DNA of 63,076 nucleotides, the filler included, from Intoshia linei (lineage: Eukaryota > Animalia > Orthonectida), in the NCBI GenBank assembly GCA_001642005.1. It is 6 parts of 6 records of this genome, joined end to end, with 100 filler letters (N's around TTAATTAATTAA, not from the genome) between each part and the next. Parts side by side here need not be neighbours in the genome. Positions count along the whole stretch, not along the records: positions 37,555 to 46,884 come from LWCA01001377.1; positions 46,985 to 53,968 come from LWCA01001625.1; 4 more parts are not named here. The stretch is one strand, 5' to 3'. This document shows, piece after piece, positions 39,191 through 52,167 of the stretch. Every line of letters starts with the position of its first letter. Positions within the stretch are counted from its first letter, which is position 1. The position numbers and the translations under genes are program-made. The notes under the pieces were generated by a model. It did no database searches and was not told the origin of the DNA. It worked only from the letters and a program-made list of their open reading frames with translations.

Positions 39191-39935
39191 TTAATTTGTA
39201 ATCATTTCCAATTCCTCTGTTTGTGATCTTTTGATGTAATTTCCATATATTGAACCAATAAACTGCGAAAAAATTTTGCGAACTTCATTGGGTTCTTGGG
39301 AAATGTTTACGTGTGACATTGGAATTTCTTCGAATCCTTTAGCTAAAAGTATACACGTTTATCTTTTTATTTAAGGCTATTACGCATATCAACCCGAACG
39401 TTTGTTGAATCGCCGTCTGTGTGATTTATCATAATGCAACTATTTTCAATATTAATGTAACTGTTTTCCTGTAAATATTTATGTCTAAATTTTCATTATT
39501 TCAAAATTGAGCGTATACATTGATTTCGTAAAAACGTCATTTTTGGATATTGTTGGTGGTAACACAAAAACTATACCATTCAAATTTTCAACCATTGTAG
39601 GCCAGCCGTTTGAGTAGCTAAAGTTTTGACATTTCCAAACAAAGTCTTATTACCTTAAAGATCCCGAACAATCCCATAATTCGATATCAAAGTTTTGAGC
39701 TTTTACCTCCAATTGAACATTTCCAAGTTCAAATTCGACAATCCTATTTCAAATCTAATATATACAAAGTTACAAATACCTTAAGCCGGCAGTTTCTTGA
39801 TAAGTCGCTGGTTCAGTTAATTCAGCTAAACAATTCGATAGTGTAGTCTTACCGCTCTAATTTAATGATTAAGGTATTTTCATGGATGCCTACCTTTTGT
39901 GGACCAAGAACTATAATTTTTAACGCATTTGCCAT
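39191..39935 (-). CDS. IFT22: Intraflagellar transport protein 22 (Rab-like 5), 6 exons
   Basis: MANALKIIVLGPQK|SGKTTLSNCLAE...YQETAGLR|IVEFE...IELWDCSGS...GWPTMVENLNGIVFV...EELEMITN*. Confidence 0.9.
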
Positions 39936-40058
39936 GTCAAATTTAGAAATGAAATGTTTTGAATTTAATGTGGAAACAACATTTACGTTACAGGGAAACA
40001 GTAAAAATAGCAATAATTGCATAAAATTTTATTTCCAAAAAAATACAATTTCAGTACA

Positions 40059-41359
40059 TTAATCAACCAAAACTTCACTTTCGGATTCTGTAATTTCGCC
40101 ATCACTTAGAATTTTACCTTGTTCCATATGTATTGTTTTGATACACGTATCTGCAAATTTAGCAAACATGAAATCTTCAGTCATTAGTTCTTTAACTAGG
40201 CACATTGGGTCCGCTGATTCAACGATTTTGGTAATATGTTTTCGCAGAGTTTCGTTTTTTAAAAATTTTTCTATTTCTTGGTTGCCATCTAAATATTATA
40301 TGTATAATTATTGGATAATTAAAATTTTATATTAACACCGAGGTGGTAAAGCGCCTAGTGATGAAATACCGATCCGTGAAAATATAAACTTACCTGAGAC
40401 AATTTCACGGTATGTTACAAAGAAAATTTTTTATTCATGAAAAGATATCAGAAAGCCGAATTAGAGGCACAAAAAAATGAAAATTTGTAATCTTATTGAT
40501 TTTTATCTATGCAAATCTTGACATAAATTGTCGAACCCAATGTTAACCCTAATGATCCTAAAATGACACTGACGTCATTCTAAATTTCAAAACAAGAGAC
40601 ATATTAATTACCAAGTTTTTCCATTTTTTTACGGTCCAATTTATATTCTCCCGTAACAAACGTGCTAACTTTTCCATCTGAAATATAAATAAGAATCTCT
40701 TTAGAATTATATATACTATTCAAATCACAAATTAAATTTTTTGATATGGATATAATCATTTGAGATTAAACTATTTTTCATTTAAAAGTTTTTTTACAAG
40801 ACATGGTAAAATATTCCGGGTGGAACAATAAAGACACCAATACCTTTGGTAGGTGAACAACTCAATATTGAAAATTTAAATCATGATTACATACATTTGA
40901 ATCGTATAATAATTTGAGCCAACCAAAATTATTACCAATTTCATCAGATACTTCATTGTGCATATCTAAAAATTTTGATATGAATTAATTGAATTAAAAT
41001 GTATTAACACTCTGTGTTAGCTTATATACTATGTAAAAATCTATTATATATGAATAGTTGGGAAATAATAAAATGCCAACAAATGTTACATTTTACCACA
41101 CGCATAGTGCTAGAAAGGTAAATCACTCTCATAGGATCGGACAATAATGATAATTAAAAAATACCTAAGTGTGACTTGTAGCATTGAACAGAACAACTAA
41201 AGTTAATCAAATTATAACATTATGTATAATGCAAATATACTATTTTATTAAGCATAATTTGCATTTATATTTATATTGTTCGGTGGTACAAATTTGGCAC
41301 TTTTTGTCGTTATTTATATCTATTTCAGTAATTATTTCACAATCAGATTCTTGCTCCAT
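40059..41359 (-). CDS. ZNHIT3: Zinc finger HIT domain protein 3 (box C/D snoRNP assembly factor), 5 exons
   Basis: CQICTTEQYKYKCKLCLIKY|CSVQCYKSHL HIT finger; C-terminus EIEKFLKNETLRKHITKI...FMFAKFADTCIKTI; the phase-1 junctions join the exons in frame. Confidence 0.85.
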
Positions 41360-41639
41360 TGTGTCCCACTTGAATTCAGTATAGTAAAACCTAACTTTAT
41401 TTAAAGTTTACTTTAAACTGGAGCAAAATCTACTTTATTTACTAAGAAAAAATGACACTATGACTAACAGAGTTATATTCTTCACTTATATAAAATAAAT
41501 TCAATAATGAAATCTTACTAGATTTTATTTTTTAAATCTATAATTAAATCTTATAGTTTTCTTAAAAATGCGACATTCACTATTATCGATTTTTTAAAGG
41601 AGTGTTCCAAACTTGTTTCACCGTTCAAACGTCTACAAT

Positions 41640-43190
41640 TGGTATTGGAAATAGTGACAAAATGGTAATTAAGAACACCAAGACATCAGATCATGTGGTA
41701 TAATCGATACAATTGAATATTAGAATAAATAAAATTGTGAAAGGAGTAACGATAGCCCAGCATTCTGCCCAATATGGAAAAAAATAATGTTTGGTAACAA
41801 TCATGGGTGCAATGTAATTTTAATTTCGGCTAGTCCGTAAAAATAAGAATTCATTATACATTCCAAAAACACAATGACAAATATATTAAATGAAATGGCA
41901 TATACATTAAGCATCTTGAGAAATCTTATTCCGCCGTATGTGCACAATGGTAAACTAATCAGACAATAGATAAAACACATTAGCAATAATACTTTCCATT
42001 TCAATTTTTTTAGTACAGGGAAATTATCAAATATAGCTGTTGTGACTGTTTGAGGTAGTACAAATTCGGTATCGATACCCAACGTTATCAACATGGTAAA
42101 AAACATGATACTCCACATTGTGGAGATGCTTCTAAAAATATTATTGTGGCGGGAACAACTATAAAAGCTAAACTGACATCCACAGTTACAACCTTGTTGA
42201 CAGATATATTTAATTGAAACGCTAAATGTCCTATAAACCCGAAAATTACGAATCCGGCTAATAAACTGGTTAGGAAATTTATAAGTGGAACGAGAATGGC
42301 TATAGTCAATATATTATAGTTGAAATCGTTATATGATGACAAAGTAATTAGCCCACCTCAACCTACCGATAGAGTGAATAAGATTTGAACTGCTGCATCC
42401 TTCCAAATGGCACTAGTCAGCAATGCATTCCATTTCATATTGAATAAATAATAACGTACACCATGAAGTGATCCATTTAGTGCCATAGCTCTAATAAACA
42501 AAATCACCAAAATCAAGTGAGAGAAAAACGCTGTTAAGTATACTACTTTGACTGACAACTTGATCCCTTTAAATATAGCAGCAAAAACTATGACCCATAA
42601 AATTAAAACGGATAGAATAATTTGCCATTTTAATGCTACAAAATCAAACAAATGCTTAGGTTGAGATACACCCAATACGTCGTTTAAAAAATACCCTTCA
42701 GCAGGTAAATTATATTGTGTATCATTCATCTTTTTACTTATCAACCCAATAAATTTGTAACCATCATAACATGTTCCATTGGGATATTTTTGAAACCCTC
42801 GCTCCAGACAGTTATCGACAATATTTCTTTTAGACTCACAAACTAAAAAATAGTTAAAAATGAAATTATAGTTAATTACAGAATATATTCAATTCAGGGT
42901 TGCATTTTGACCATGATAGGATACTAGTTAGCGACTTTACCAAGTACAGAGCAACCCATGCGAGAATAATGTGATAATATAAGGCAACCATTGCTGAAAT
43001 TATCATCATACTGATTCCAATACCCTTAAGAATGAGTGAATGTCGAAATGCGTGTAGTGGACCGCGGCTAATGAATTGTCCTATGCTCAGTTCCAAAAAA
43101 AATATTGGAATTCCAATGAAAAACAGCATTATGGAGTAAGGTATTAAAAACACTGCACCACCATGCAATTAACACAAATATGAAATCGAT
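41640..43190 (-). pseudogene. SLC6 sodium:neurotransmitter symporter pseudogene
   Basis: FSYLC*LHGGAVFLIPY, ELSIGQF, WKDAAVQILFTLSVG, SSYNDF, AGFVIFGFIG and MLITLGIDTEF are recognisable. There is an in-frame stop near the 5' end, disruptions at about 42350, 42120 and 41800, and TM1 is missing. Confidence 0.85.
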
Positions 43191-43894
43191 TTTAGTTGAT
43201 TTATTTTTCAAACAAAATGAGAAATTGGGTTTTTGAGCCTGAAGGAATAAAATTTGAAAACTGAAAAACTAATATAAACACACACTGGGAAAAACTGATT
43301 TAGAAATTCGGTTTTAATTTTACGACTGTCAATTTATTAAGTAAACGGTAACACACATACAGACATTCAATTTTATATTGGTAAATGATGTAAGCAAATA
43401 ATATTAACTACTTTGTGCGTCAAATTTAAACTGTCGCGCCCAGAGACGTGAAGAGGTGGATGGGATATATGATATTGCGCATTATTTGTGAACATTTTCT
43501 TAGATTCTTATTTTTAATTTTCAGACTCGAGTAAGTTAGATTCGACTCTGGGTACCACTGATAAACATCTATAGTAGAATTCTGCAACATGGTCCAAACT
43601 AAAACTGTTTGTCTGAATCAGGATCAAACACAAAATTACTGAATTACATGGTACAGTATTAATAAGTAATAATATTTGTTGGTTGCCGATTGGAAACTAG
43701 AAACTGTAGCCGCTACAGTGTAGCGGATAATGTGTCTGCATATTTTGTTCAAAAATCTAAGATAGTGTAGTTAACAAAAATAATCTCAACTAAACAAATA
43801 ATGAACAATTATTTTTAATTTTTAACAGAAAACAAAAATTTGTCATTATTAAGGTGAATGTACTAAAACAACGCAGAATAATACTTAAAAACTA

Positions 43895-45600
43895 ATGTCA
43901 AACCAGATCATTTGCCAATTCAGAGTAAAATTAGTATTTGTGTTGTTATTGTTTTTAACAGTATTATTAATTTTTAAAAAGTCTTCAACTGAAAATTCAC
44001 CAAAATAGACAAAAAGGGATTTAATATTTTTCAAAAAAGTTGTAGCGGAAATGTTGAATCATGCAATAGATTCATATATGAATTTTGCGTTTCCCGCTGA
44101 TGAAATTTTGCCTCTACAGTGTAAAATTAAAGAAAGGATGGATAATTGGAATGGAAATTATTCCTTGACATTAATAGATACATTGGACACTTTGGCTGTG
44201 ATGGAAAAGTACAAAAAATATGAAAAATATTCAATTTTATTTTTGAACAACGTATATTTAAAATCAGATGTAAACGTTTCTCTCTTTGAAGCAAATATAC
44301 GGATGTTGGGTGGTTTAATTAGTAATCATTACATTTCGAAAAAGTAAAAAATTATTTAATTTATAAAATGGTTTAAAAATTTATTTTAGATTACAAAAAC
44401 ATAAATTAGGTATGATGTGGTATTCACAAGAATTTTAAAATTTGGCGATCGAATTTGCTGATATATTGATGCAATGTTTTGTTTATCCTGGAAAAATACC
44501 CTTTTCAGTGTTAAATTTAAAGTATGGAGTAATGGATGTTAGTAACACATCTCTAATATCAATTGCACATATCGGGACATTAATTTTAGAATTTGGTACT
44601 ATTTCTTACTTAACAGGTAATGATAAATATTACAATGCAGTCTATAAAGCTACAGAAATTGCATGGTCCATACGAAGTGATTATGATTTAGTAGGAACCG
44701 ATATTAAAATAACTTCTAACGAGTGGTCCAATAAATATGCGACCGTGTCGGGTAATATAGATTCATATTACGAATATCTACTTAAAGCATACATCACTTT
44801 CAATAATGTGTCCTTTTATAAAAAATTTCAGACACATTATGAAGCCATTATAAGATACATAAATAAACCACCAAATTTTTATCGAGTTAATATGCACGGA
44901 CCGGAAAATATACAGGATGAATATGACGCATTAGTGGCGTTTTGGCCGGGGTTGCAGGTTTTGTATGGCGATTTTATGACCGCGTTTAAAAATTTTAATC
45001 AATTTGAACGTGTCGTTAAACATTACAGTTTCTTACTAGACAATTATCTACAAAAAAAACCAAAATCTTATTTACTTAGGCCAGAGTTTTATGAATCAAA
45101 TTTTTACTTGTATGAATTGACCAAAAATGAAAAATATATTGATAATGCCATCGATGCACTCTATAATTTAAATATGTATGCTCGTGGCAGTTGTGGATTT
45201 TCTTCAATATCAAATGTTTTCATTTTTCCAGCATATACTGACAATATGGATAGTTATTTTCTCGCGGAAACTATAAAATATATCTATCTTGTATTTGAAA
45301 ACTCTCTAGAAACGTCCGTTTTACAATGGGATGAGTTTTTATTCAACACTGAAGCTCATTTTGTGCCTATATATGCACCTCTTTCTTATTGTCCAATTAA
45401 AATAAACACTACATCCTTTAAAGAAAATGAACATTTACGTTTGCAATGTAAATTTCACTTTCTTCATCTCAATTGGATGGGTAATATTAAAGTCGATTCC
45501 AGCGAAATTTCATCAGCAATTATATTTTGGTAATTTTACAATAATACATTTTATCCTTAGCAAGGAGGGTTTATTTACATTGAGTATCCTTAATTTATAA
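43895..45600 (+). CDS. EDEM: EDEM-family GH47 alpha-1,2-mannosidase (ERAD), 4 exons
   Basis: N-terminal hydrophobic anchor; FPADEILPLQC, GNYSLTLIDTLDTL, LFEANIRMLGGL, IDSYYEYLLK, AFWPGLQVL, LRPEFYES, MDSYFLAETIKY and NTEAH. Introns at about 43961-44008, 44344-44389 and 45530-45560. Confidence 0.9.
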
Positions 45601-45816
45601 GGATTCCGTAATGAAATAAATTTGATTGTTAAATTTTGTTTATTAATTATTTCCAAGTAAAGGATTCAAAATTTCAAAAAGGTCTCAAATAGTTTTTGCC
45701 ATTAATAATTGAATTTAACTAAATTTTTTCCTCGATAGCGATTATACTATGTATCCATCTATGAAATTAACATTTTAATAATTAAAAAAATGAATTATTA
45801 ATTTTATACACATACT

Positions 45817-46200
45817 AGGTTGACTTTTATGTACTACGTACAAACAGCACTTAGCTCTGTGGATGGCACATTTTTATTATACCAAAAAATAAATTCACGT
45901 TGAAAATCTAACTTAAAATCCTACTATTCACTATTATCAATCCTTTAAAGGAGTGGTTCCTAAACTTGTTTCAGGTGGAACCATCATATCACATTACTTT
46001 AAAGTGAATTATTCCATCTTAATTTATTTATTTAATTAATATTTATTTTGTTGGCATTTTCGAAAAGAATTTTAAAAATAATTGCTATCCATTTTATTAA
46101 TTTTAACAGAATGTGTGTATGATATTAAAAATAAAGTAAAAACAGTCCAATCCTAAAAATTGTCATAAATAGCATAAATTCCAGAAAAATAATGGCAATT
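45817..46200. repeat. Dispersed repeat family B; other pieces at 2826-2875, 8487-8920, 32453-32495, 41575-41620 and 58311-58480
   Basis: Shared head taggttgactgttatgtact.cgtacaaacagca...tagctctgt.gatggc and shared block aaaaataaagtaaaaaca.t.caatcctaa.aattgtcataaatagc. Confidence 0.75.
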
Positions 46201-46984
46201 ATATATTAATAACACTAGACGACAAATTGGAATTTTTGTTTGACATCCCTGTATTTGACTACAATAATGTAGATATAAATGTAGCCTGATGGCATGGTAG
46301 ACCGAGAATTTGTTATTTTTTTACAAACAGTTTGTTGATGGAAGATATAGGCCAATTAGTTTGCCACGCATCTATGGAAAACAAAAATAAATAAAAAAAG
46401 GAAATATTTAATTGTGATTTAGAGATGGTTCCTGATTAAATATTTTTTTCAAAATTCATAAATAAATCAGTTGAAGTACTTTGATTGACACCCAATTAAA
46501 AAAATACACAATATTTTTTAACAGATACAAGGATTTACTCCAAAATCTAGGTCCCTTAAAATATTGTTATTATCCGGTATCCCTGAATCTAACCGCTGAG
46601 AAGTGAGGAGTGAACCTTTAAAATAATAAATTTTATTAAGTGGTATAAACAGTTTGTTAAATATTTGTAATTAGTAAATTAAAATTGGTTGCCCATTTTT
46701 TCGTAAGCCATATTAATAGAATATACGCCAAATTATTTAAAAATAAGCTAAAATTTTTATTAAAACGCCAAATTAATCAATACACGCCATTAAAAAAATA
46801 AACGTAATAAAGATCAGAAAAAATATATTAAAAAAATTAAAATGATTACTTATACCCTTTTATATGTATTAAAATTCGTTTGAANNNNNNNNNNNNNNNN
46901 NNNNNNNNNNNNNNNNNNNNNNNNNNNNTTAATTAATTAANNNNNNNNNNNNNNNNNNNNNNNNNNNNNNNNNNNNNNNNNNNN

Positions 46985-48027
46985 ACAATTAATAAAGCAG
47001 TTGGAGTTAGATTAGATTCTTTCGAAAATGTTTTAACGACCACCACAAAATCCTTAAAAAACCAATTTTTAAAAACATCACATCCATCTCTTAGTCGATG
47101 AATTATATTTAACAGGTAAGTCTACGTTTTTTAAACAACAAGGATTTTTTGACGTTCCTAATATTAGTAATTTCAATTTATGTGAACCATCACTGTTACT
47201 ACATGCCATCGCAGTCAATCGAATTTTGTCTGTTGATCCTTTAACTTGCAATTCATTTGAATGTGATAACGTCGTCCGATTTTATTTTTTCCAGTAAAAT
47301 ATCGTTTCGTCAGCATTATATATTTGAGAATGGTTTAATTTCATTTCAGTCATAATATGATTTAAATTCTGTTTAAAGTTTTTTATTCCACTAACATCAG
47401 CCGATAATGACTCGCCGGCGTAATGCCTTAAAATTATACCATGTCTTTTTTTGAAGTTATATAGCCATCCTATGCTAGCACTAAACGACTGTGCTGGATA
47501 AAAAATATCATGAAAATATTTTGCCTTCTCAGTAATTATTAAATCATTAGTTGATAGAAATCGACATCTCTCTATGAACCAATAGAATAAGACTTCCTCC
47601 ATCTTTGGAAAACTACAGCTTTTCAAGTTTTTACACGTTTTGGTTCGGCTATATGAGTATTTTAAAGAATCGTTCAATTTAATTTGATTTTTCTTAATAT
47701 AATATATTGTTCCTCTTGATACACCATATTGCAGTGATATTTGAGATGGTTTCATTCCATTGTCGATTTGATTTAAGATTTATATTTTTTGTGATACGTT
47801 TAAATGCATGTTAAGATATTAGTTAATAAAGTATTTAAATTTAAATATGGACGGAAATATAATTAACGATAATGGTAACGATAACGCAATTTGCGCAAAC
47901 AGAAAATTAAAACAATAACTTTACTGTACAAATTGAAAATTTTTCAAAAACTTAAAAAATGAAGTTCAGATTTTGTCAAATAATCGCGAATAATTTGACA
48001 TTTTGTCAAAATATCGAGAATAACCTG
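46985..48027 (-). mobile_element. pogo/Tigger (CENP-B-like) transposon, decayed and cut by the gap
   Basis: HTH YGVSRGTIYYIKK, FSASIGWLYNFKKRHGI and IYNADET; terminus TA-CAGGTTATTCTCGATATTTTGAC with repeated TTTGACAAAAT subterminal motifs. Confidence 0.9.
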
Positions 48028-48377
48028 TATTTCAGAATGAAAAATGCGTAGCAATGAAAAAAATTCCCAAGGAATGAATTATATAGATTTTCATCCATAT
48101 TTTTTTATTGGAAATGTGTAGACGTTCAATGTACATTTTTTTTAAAATTGTAGGATTAATATTTACATTTTCAATTTTTATTTTAATCGAAATATTTGAA
48201 AAATATTGGTTGATAATATATTAAAAATTATTTTTCACTGGGAATGCGCAGATTACTGGGGTTGAAATTTTATATTTATATTAACTGGAATAAGCTCTAA
48301 TAGAATAATTTTTTTTTAATTTTGGGAACATTAATTATTTCACATTTTTTGTTTTACAGTTCGCGACACCTTAGATA

Positions 48378-50320
48378 GTAAGTTTTTTAAAATATTATTC
48401 AGAATTAATTCAAATTTGGCATACCAGTTTATCATTAGGTAATATACATTTCTCATTAGCGCAATTAGTATCACATCTCAAAATGGTCTACATAACCTAT
48501 AAATTTTAAATTGTAAATTTACATTCTTTGTTACTATTGAGTTACACACTGAAACTGTTTTTATTATACACTCTATAATTGTAATTCCAAGCACATGAAT
48601 TTAAAAGTAATAAAATTACAGCAATATTTTAGGATTATTTTAGTTATGATCTATTCCATTGAAATTTAAACCGTATAATTAATTATGTAAAATCTCAACG
48701 TTCAAAAACACTGTCATATGCAGAAAAATTGAACATATTGATGGTACAAGCTAAAATAAGATTAGAAAATCTTGAAACAAAAAAAAATATACAAATCTGG
48801 CGAAAATCAAATATAATTGACCCTACTTTTCGAACTCCCACATTATTAAGTATAAAACTGAACCTGGTTAATGATACATGGAAAACTAATAATAACCAAA
48901 AAATTGTCAAAGTAGCAGGTACTAAGGAAAGACCAGATAAAATAGGGCATATTCAAAATTGTGGAATTGAAATTGTCATGTCCATCAGAATATTTTTAAG
49001 ATAACGAAGATTAAATAAAACCAGAATCGTCGCAAGAGATGTAATGATAATGCTATTAGAACCAAGATACTTAAATTTTATATACTAGATGAAATATCCT
49101 TTTCCTCTAATTGGAGAAAAATTCACAGGTATCTTAAAAAAAATGGTTATAAAAGGGCATAAAGAAAGGCAAAAATTCTTTAAAATTATCTCAATCAATC
49201 AAGCTACTGCGTGATCAATACATATCAAAAATAATAGAATTTCCAAATAGACGAAAAGTCTATTTAGATGAGAGTTTTATACATCACAATTATGCTAGAC
49301 ATGAAGATTCACTTTATGATCTAATGGATGACGATTACATTGAACCATTAACAAAATATAAGGGGCAAAGATACTGCATGATAGCTGATATAGTTAGTCA
49401 AGTGTTTAACATTGGTAACGATCACAAATTGTTCTATTATAATATAGTTAATAATTATATTAGATTAACAAGAAATGTGAGTATAAAATGATAATATTTG
49501 AAAATATGACGATAATACTTATAGTTCTTTATATTATTTTTACTACTCTCGATGGGGATCAAAATTGAAACCTTCTCGTGCAAAAAATTATGTTTGCCGA
49601 TGATCCCCGTTAGTATCTTCTTTAAAGAGAACCAATTCTGTTATTTTTTATTTTATAATAAATGTTTATATCAAATTTCATGTTTTTTAATTATAATGAA
49701 GTTTTTTATGTTTCATTCCAATGAATCTGTTTGTAATTTATTTTGTCGTCTTCTATTCGTTTCTTTTAATTTATGTTTATTTAATTTATTATTATTTTAT
49801 CCCACCGAAGTATTCTATATAATCATACATCGTTCAAAAGTCGTGTTTTTTTTAAATTATAAATTGATTATTATTTTAGAATTATTTCGTCTTCTAATAT
49901 TTTTTTATAATTTTATTTTTTTCATTAACTTTATATTATACAACCTTAACCCTTCAGTTAAAATGAATGTAAATTTGTATTCAAATTTTTGACAACAAAT
50001 AATGAATAAATCTCATATTATTATCTTATTTATAATATAAATAAGTGCTTATAATTAATAGATACAAAATATAATTTAAATTTACTAATAAATAATAAAA
50101 TGTGTATAATAAAAACATTTTCAATGTGTAACTCAATAATAACAAAGAATATAAATTTACAATTTAAAATTATTAATTTAAATTGAATTTAAAAATTATA
50201 GGTTATATAGACCATTTTGAGATGTCATACTAATTACGCTAATGGGAAATGTATATTACATAATGATAAATTGGTATGCCAAATTTGAATTAATTCTGAA
50301 TAAGATTTTTAAAAACTTAC
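48378..50320 (+). mobile_element. Long-TIR IS630/Tc1-superfamily (Sailor-like) element, decayed
   Basis: About 135-bp inverted repeats (48378-48512 vs 50185-50320); internal VYLDESFIHHNYARHEDSLYD...KYKGQRYCMIA at 49258-49386. Confidence 0.7.
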
Positions 50321-50556
50321 CTTTTATGATTTTAAAATCCGTATTAGAGTGTATATTTTTTTAAATTTTAGAACTCGTTTGATTTTCATAAAAAAGGACA
50401 TTTGGGTTTTTGACCTGTAAGGTGTGAGTTTGGAAGGTTGAAATTTATTTTGCTAATACCCCGGAAAAAACTTTAATTGAAATAGGGACATTATAAAATT
50501 CTAAGACTGTTAGTTATTGAAATAAACGATAACACCCACAAACAAATATTGGATAG

Positions 50557-51088
50557 CATATTTCTCAACCCGTGTTCCGCGAAATTTAATTGGGGTTCCG
50601 TGAAATATAAATGCAATATTTTTCAATTTAAAGTTTTTCTAAATTACTGTTGTATGCAATGAAACAACATCATTTCCAAATTTAAATCAAATAAGTTTTA
50701 ATAAAAGTATTATACGGTGTGAGTATGGGAACCTTAATAATGATTTTAAAAAGTAATAATAATTCAGATTATCTTTATGAGAAATATTGTAAAGAAGGTA
50801 GGTTTTTATTGGCCCAGCTCTCTTGAAATAATTTAAATAAGTTACTTACCACTTTATAATGATATTTAACTAAAAATTTATCTTTCACGGGCCTGAATAC
50901 TTCTTCGTTGTGTGAGGGAGGCAACTGGTTTTACCGGCTAAATTCCGTGTTATTAATTTTTTAATTAAAAATCAAATTTTTTTATATAAGCGAGATGCGA
51001 AAAAAAATTTTTGATCATGCTTTTAGGTGCGGCGATTTTTTTAAATTTCATAAGGGTTCCGCGCAGTAAAAAAAATTGAGAAACACTA
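50557..51088. mobile_element. hAT (Buster-type) MITE
   Basis: Ends CA(-)TATTTCTCAACC / TTGAGAAACACTA with repeated GTTCCGCG and GGGTTCCG subterminal motifs. Confidence 0.7.
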
Positions 51089-51174
51089 CTATAGACTAAT
51101 CTTGTTCAATATCAAGGATGTAAGTGATAGACATAAATTTCAAAAATTAAGATATAAGAAGGTATCAATTAAAA

Positions 51175-52167
51175 CTATTTAATAAAAAAAGTAATAATTA
51201 GATAAATTAGAAATTTATTTTTTAAAGAACACCACCAAAAAAAATCACAAATCATATTTAATGTTCTACATCTTCCAAAACGTCTTTCATATGACATCAT
51301 AGTTTGATGAAATTGTTCACCCTTTTCGTCTGACCACATACTGCAGTTTAGCGCAAAGAAATCCAAATGACATTCTAAGTAATGAATTTTTATACTTAAA
51401 AGGCAGTTCATTCTTGGTATTTTATCAATAACTCTTTAATTAAATCCAAGTAATTGTCTTATCATTTGTTATCAAAAAAAAATGAAATAATATTTTCCAA
51501 TGCATTAAATTCATCTTTTTGTTCAGGATTAAGGGTAGATATTTATTTTTATGATGAATTAGATAACAATTCTGACTTATGATTTGATGAATTGAATATT
51601 TTTTCATGAGACCCACAATATTAATTGAATTAACAGCATCATCGTTTTTTCATAAAATTTTAAAAATACATCTCGACGATTTCAATGATCCGTAGAAAAA
51701 ACTATTTTTTAGTTCATATTTTGTTTTTAAATTAGCTTTTCATATAAAATACTAAATATATTACAAAAGGCATCAGTTTGACAGATTAATTTACTAGACC
51801 TAGTTAGATATATTCCTCACATGAAACAGAATTTATTGTAATCGGTCGAATCATGTCCATCTATTATAATTCTTAGTTTAAATCTTGTTTAAATGTTTCG
51901 TGAGAATGCAATTATCAAATTCACTCATTGCTTTAATAATTAAAGTTTAATTAATTGAAATATGTAATAAAAACTTTATTCGACAGGTAAAACATGTCAC
52001 TATGTTTTTTTGTGGGTAAAAATTTAATATAATAGTAAAATTACTAATTAAAATATCACGTTTTAGATCTTCAATTATAAAAATATGTATATCGTTAGAA
52101 TCACAAAAATTAGCTGATTATTTTAATATATGTTACATTAAATTTCTTTTTGCAATTTTGGACAGTG
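51175..52167 (-). mobile_element. Chapaev3-like (CMC) transposase remnant
   Basis: KIHYLECHLDFFALNCSMWSDEKGEQFHQ matches the SLK.HFL.SHLDFFP.N...SDE.GERFHQ motif; terminus CACTGTCCAAAA at 52167 is flanked by TAA. Confidence 0.65.

Noticed and set aside
40388-40396. ACTTACCTG as the 5' end of U1 snRNA
   Set aside because: No U1 stem-loops follow; it is simply the complement of a consensus splice donor.
40544-40552. TAACCCTAA as a telomerase RNA template
   Set aside because: Expected about once by chance in this much AT-rich DNA; the downstream sequence overlaps a ZNHIT3 exon and I see no pseudoknot or H/ACA domain.
44006-44008. In-frame TAG in the EDEM N-terminus (readthrough or alternative code)
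   Set aside because: Explained as the acceptor of a 48-nt phase-0 intron (43961-44008); other genes here use standard stops.
46352-46368. CCAAT...CCACG as an ERSE
   Set aside because: The spacer is 7 nt, not 9, and no gene start is nearby.
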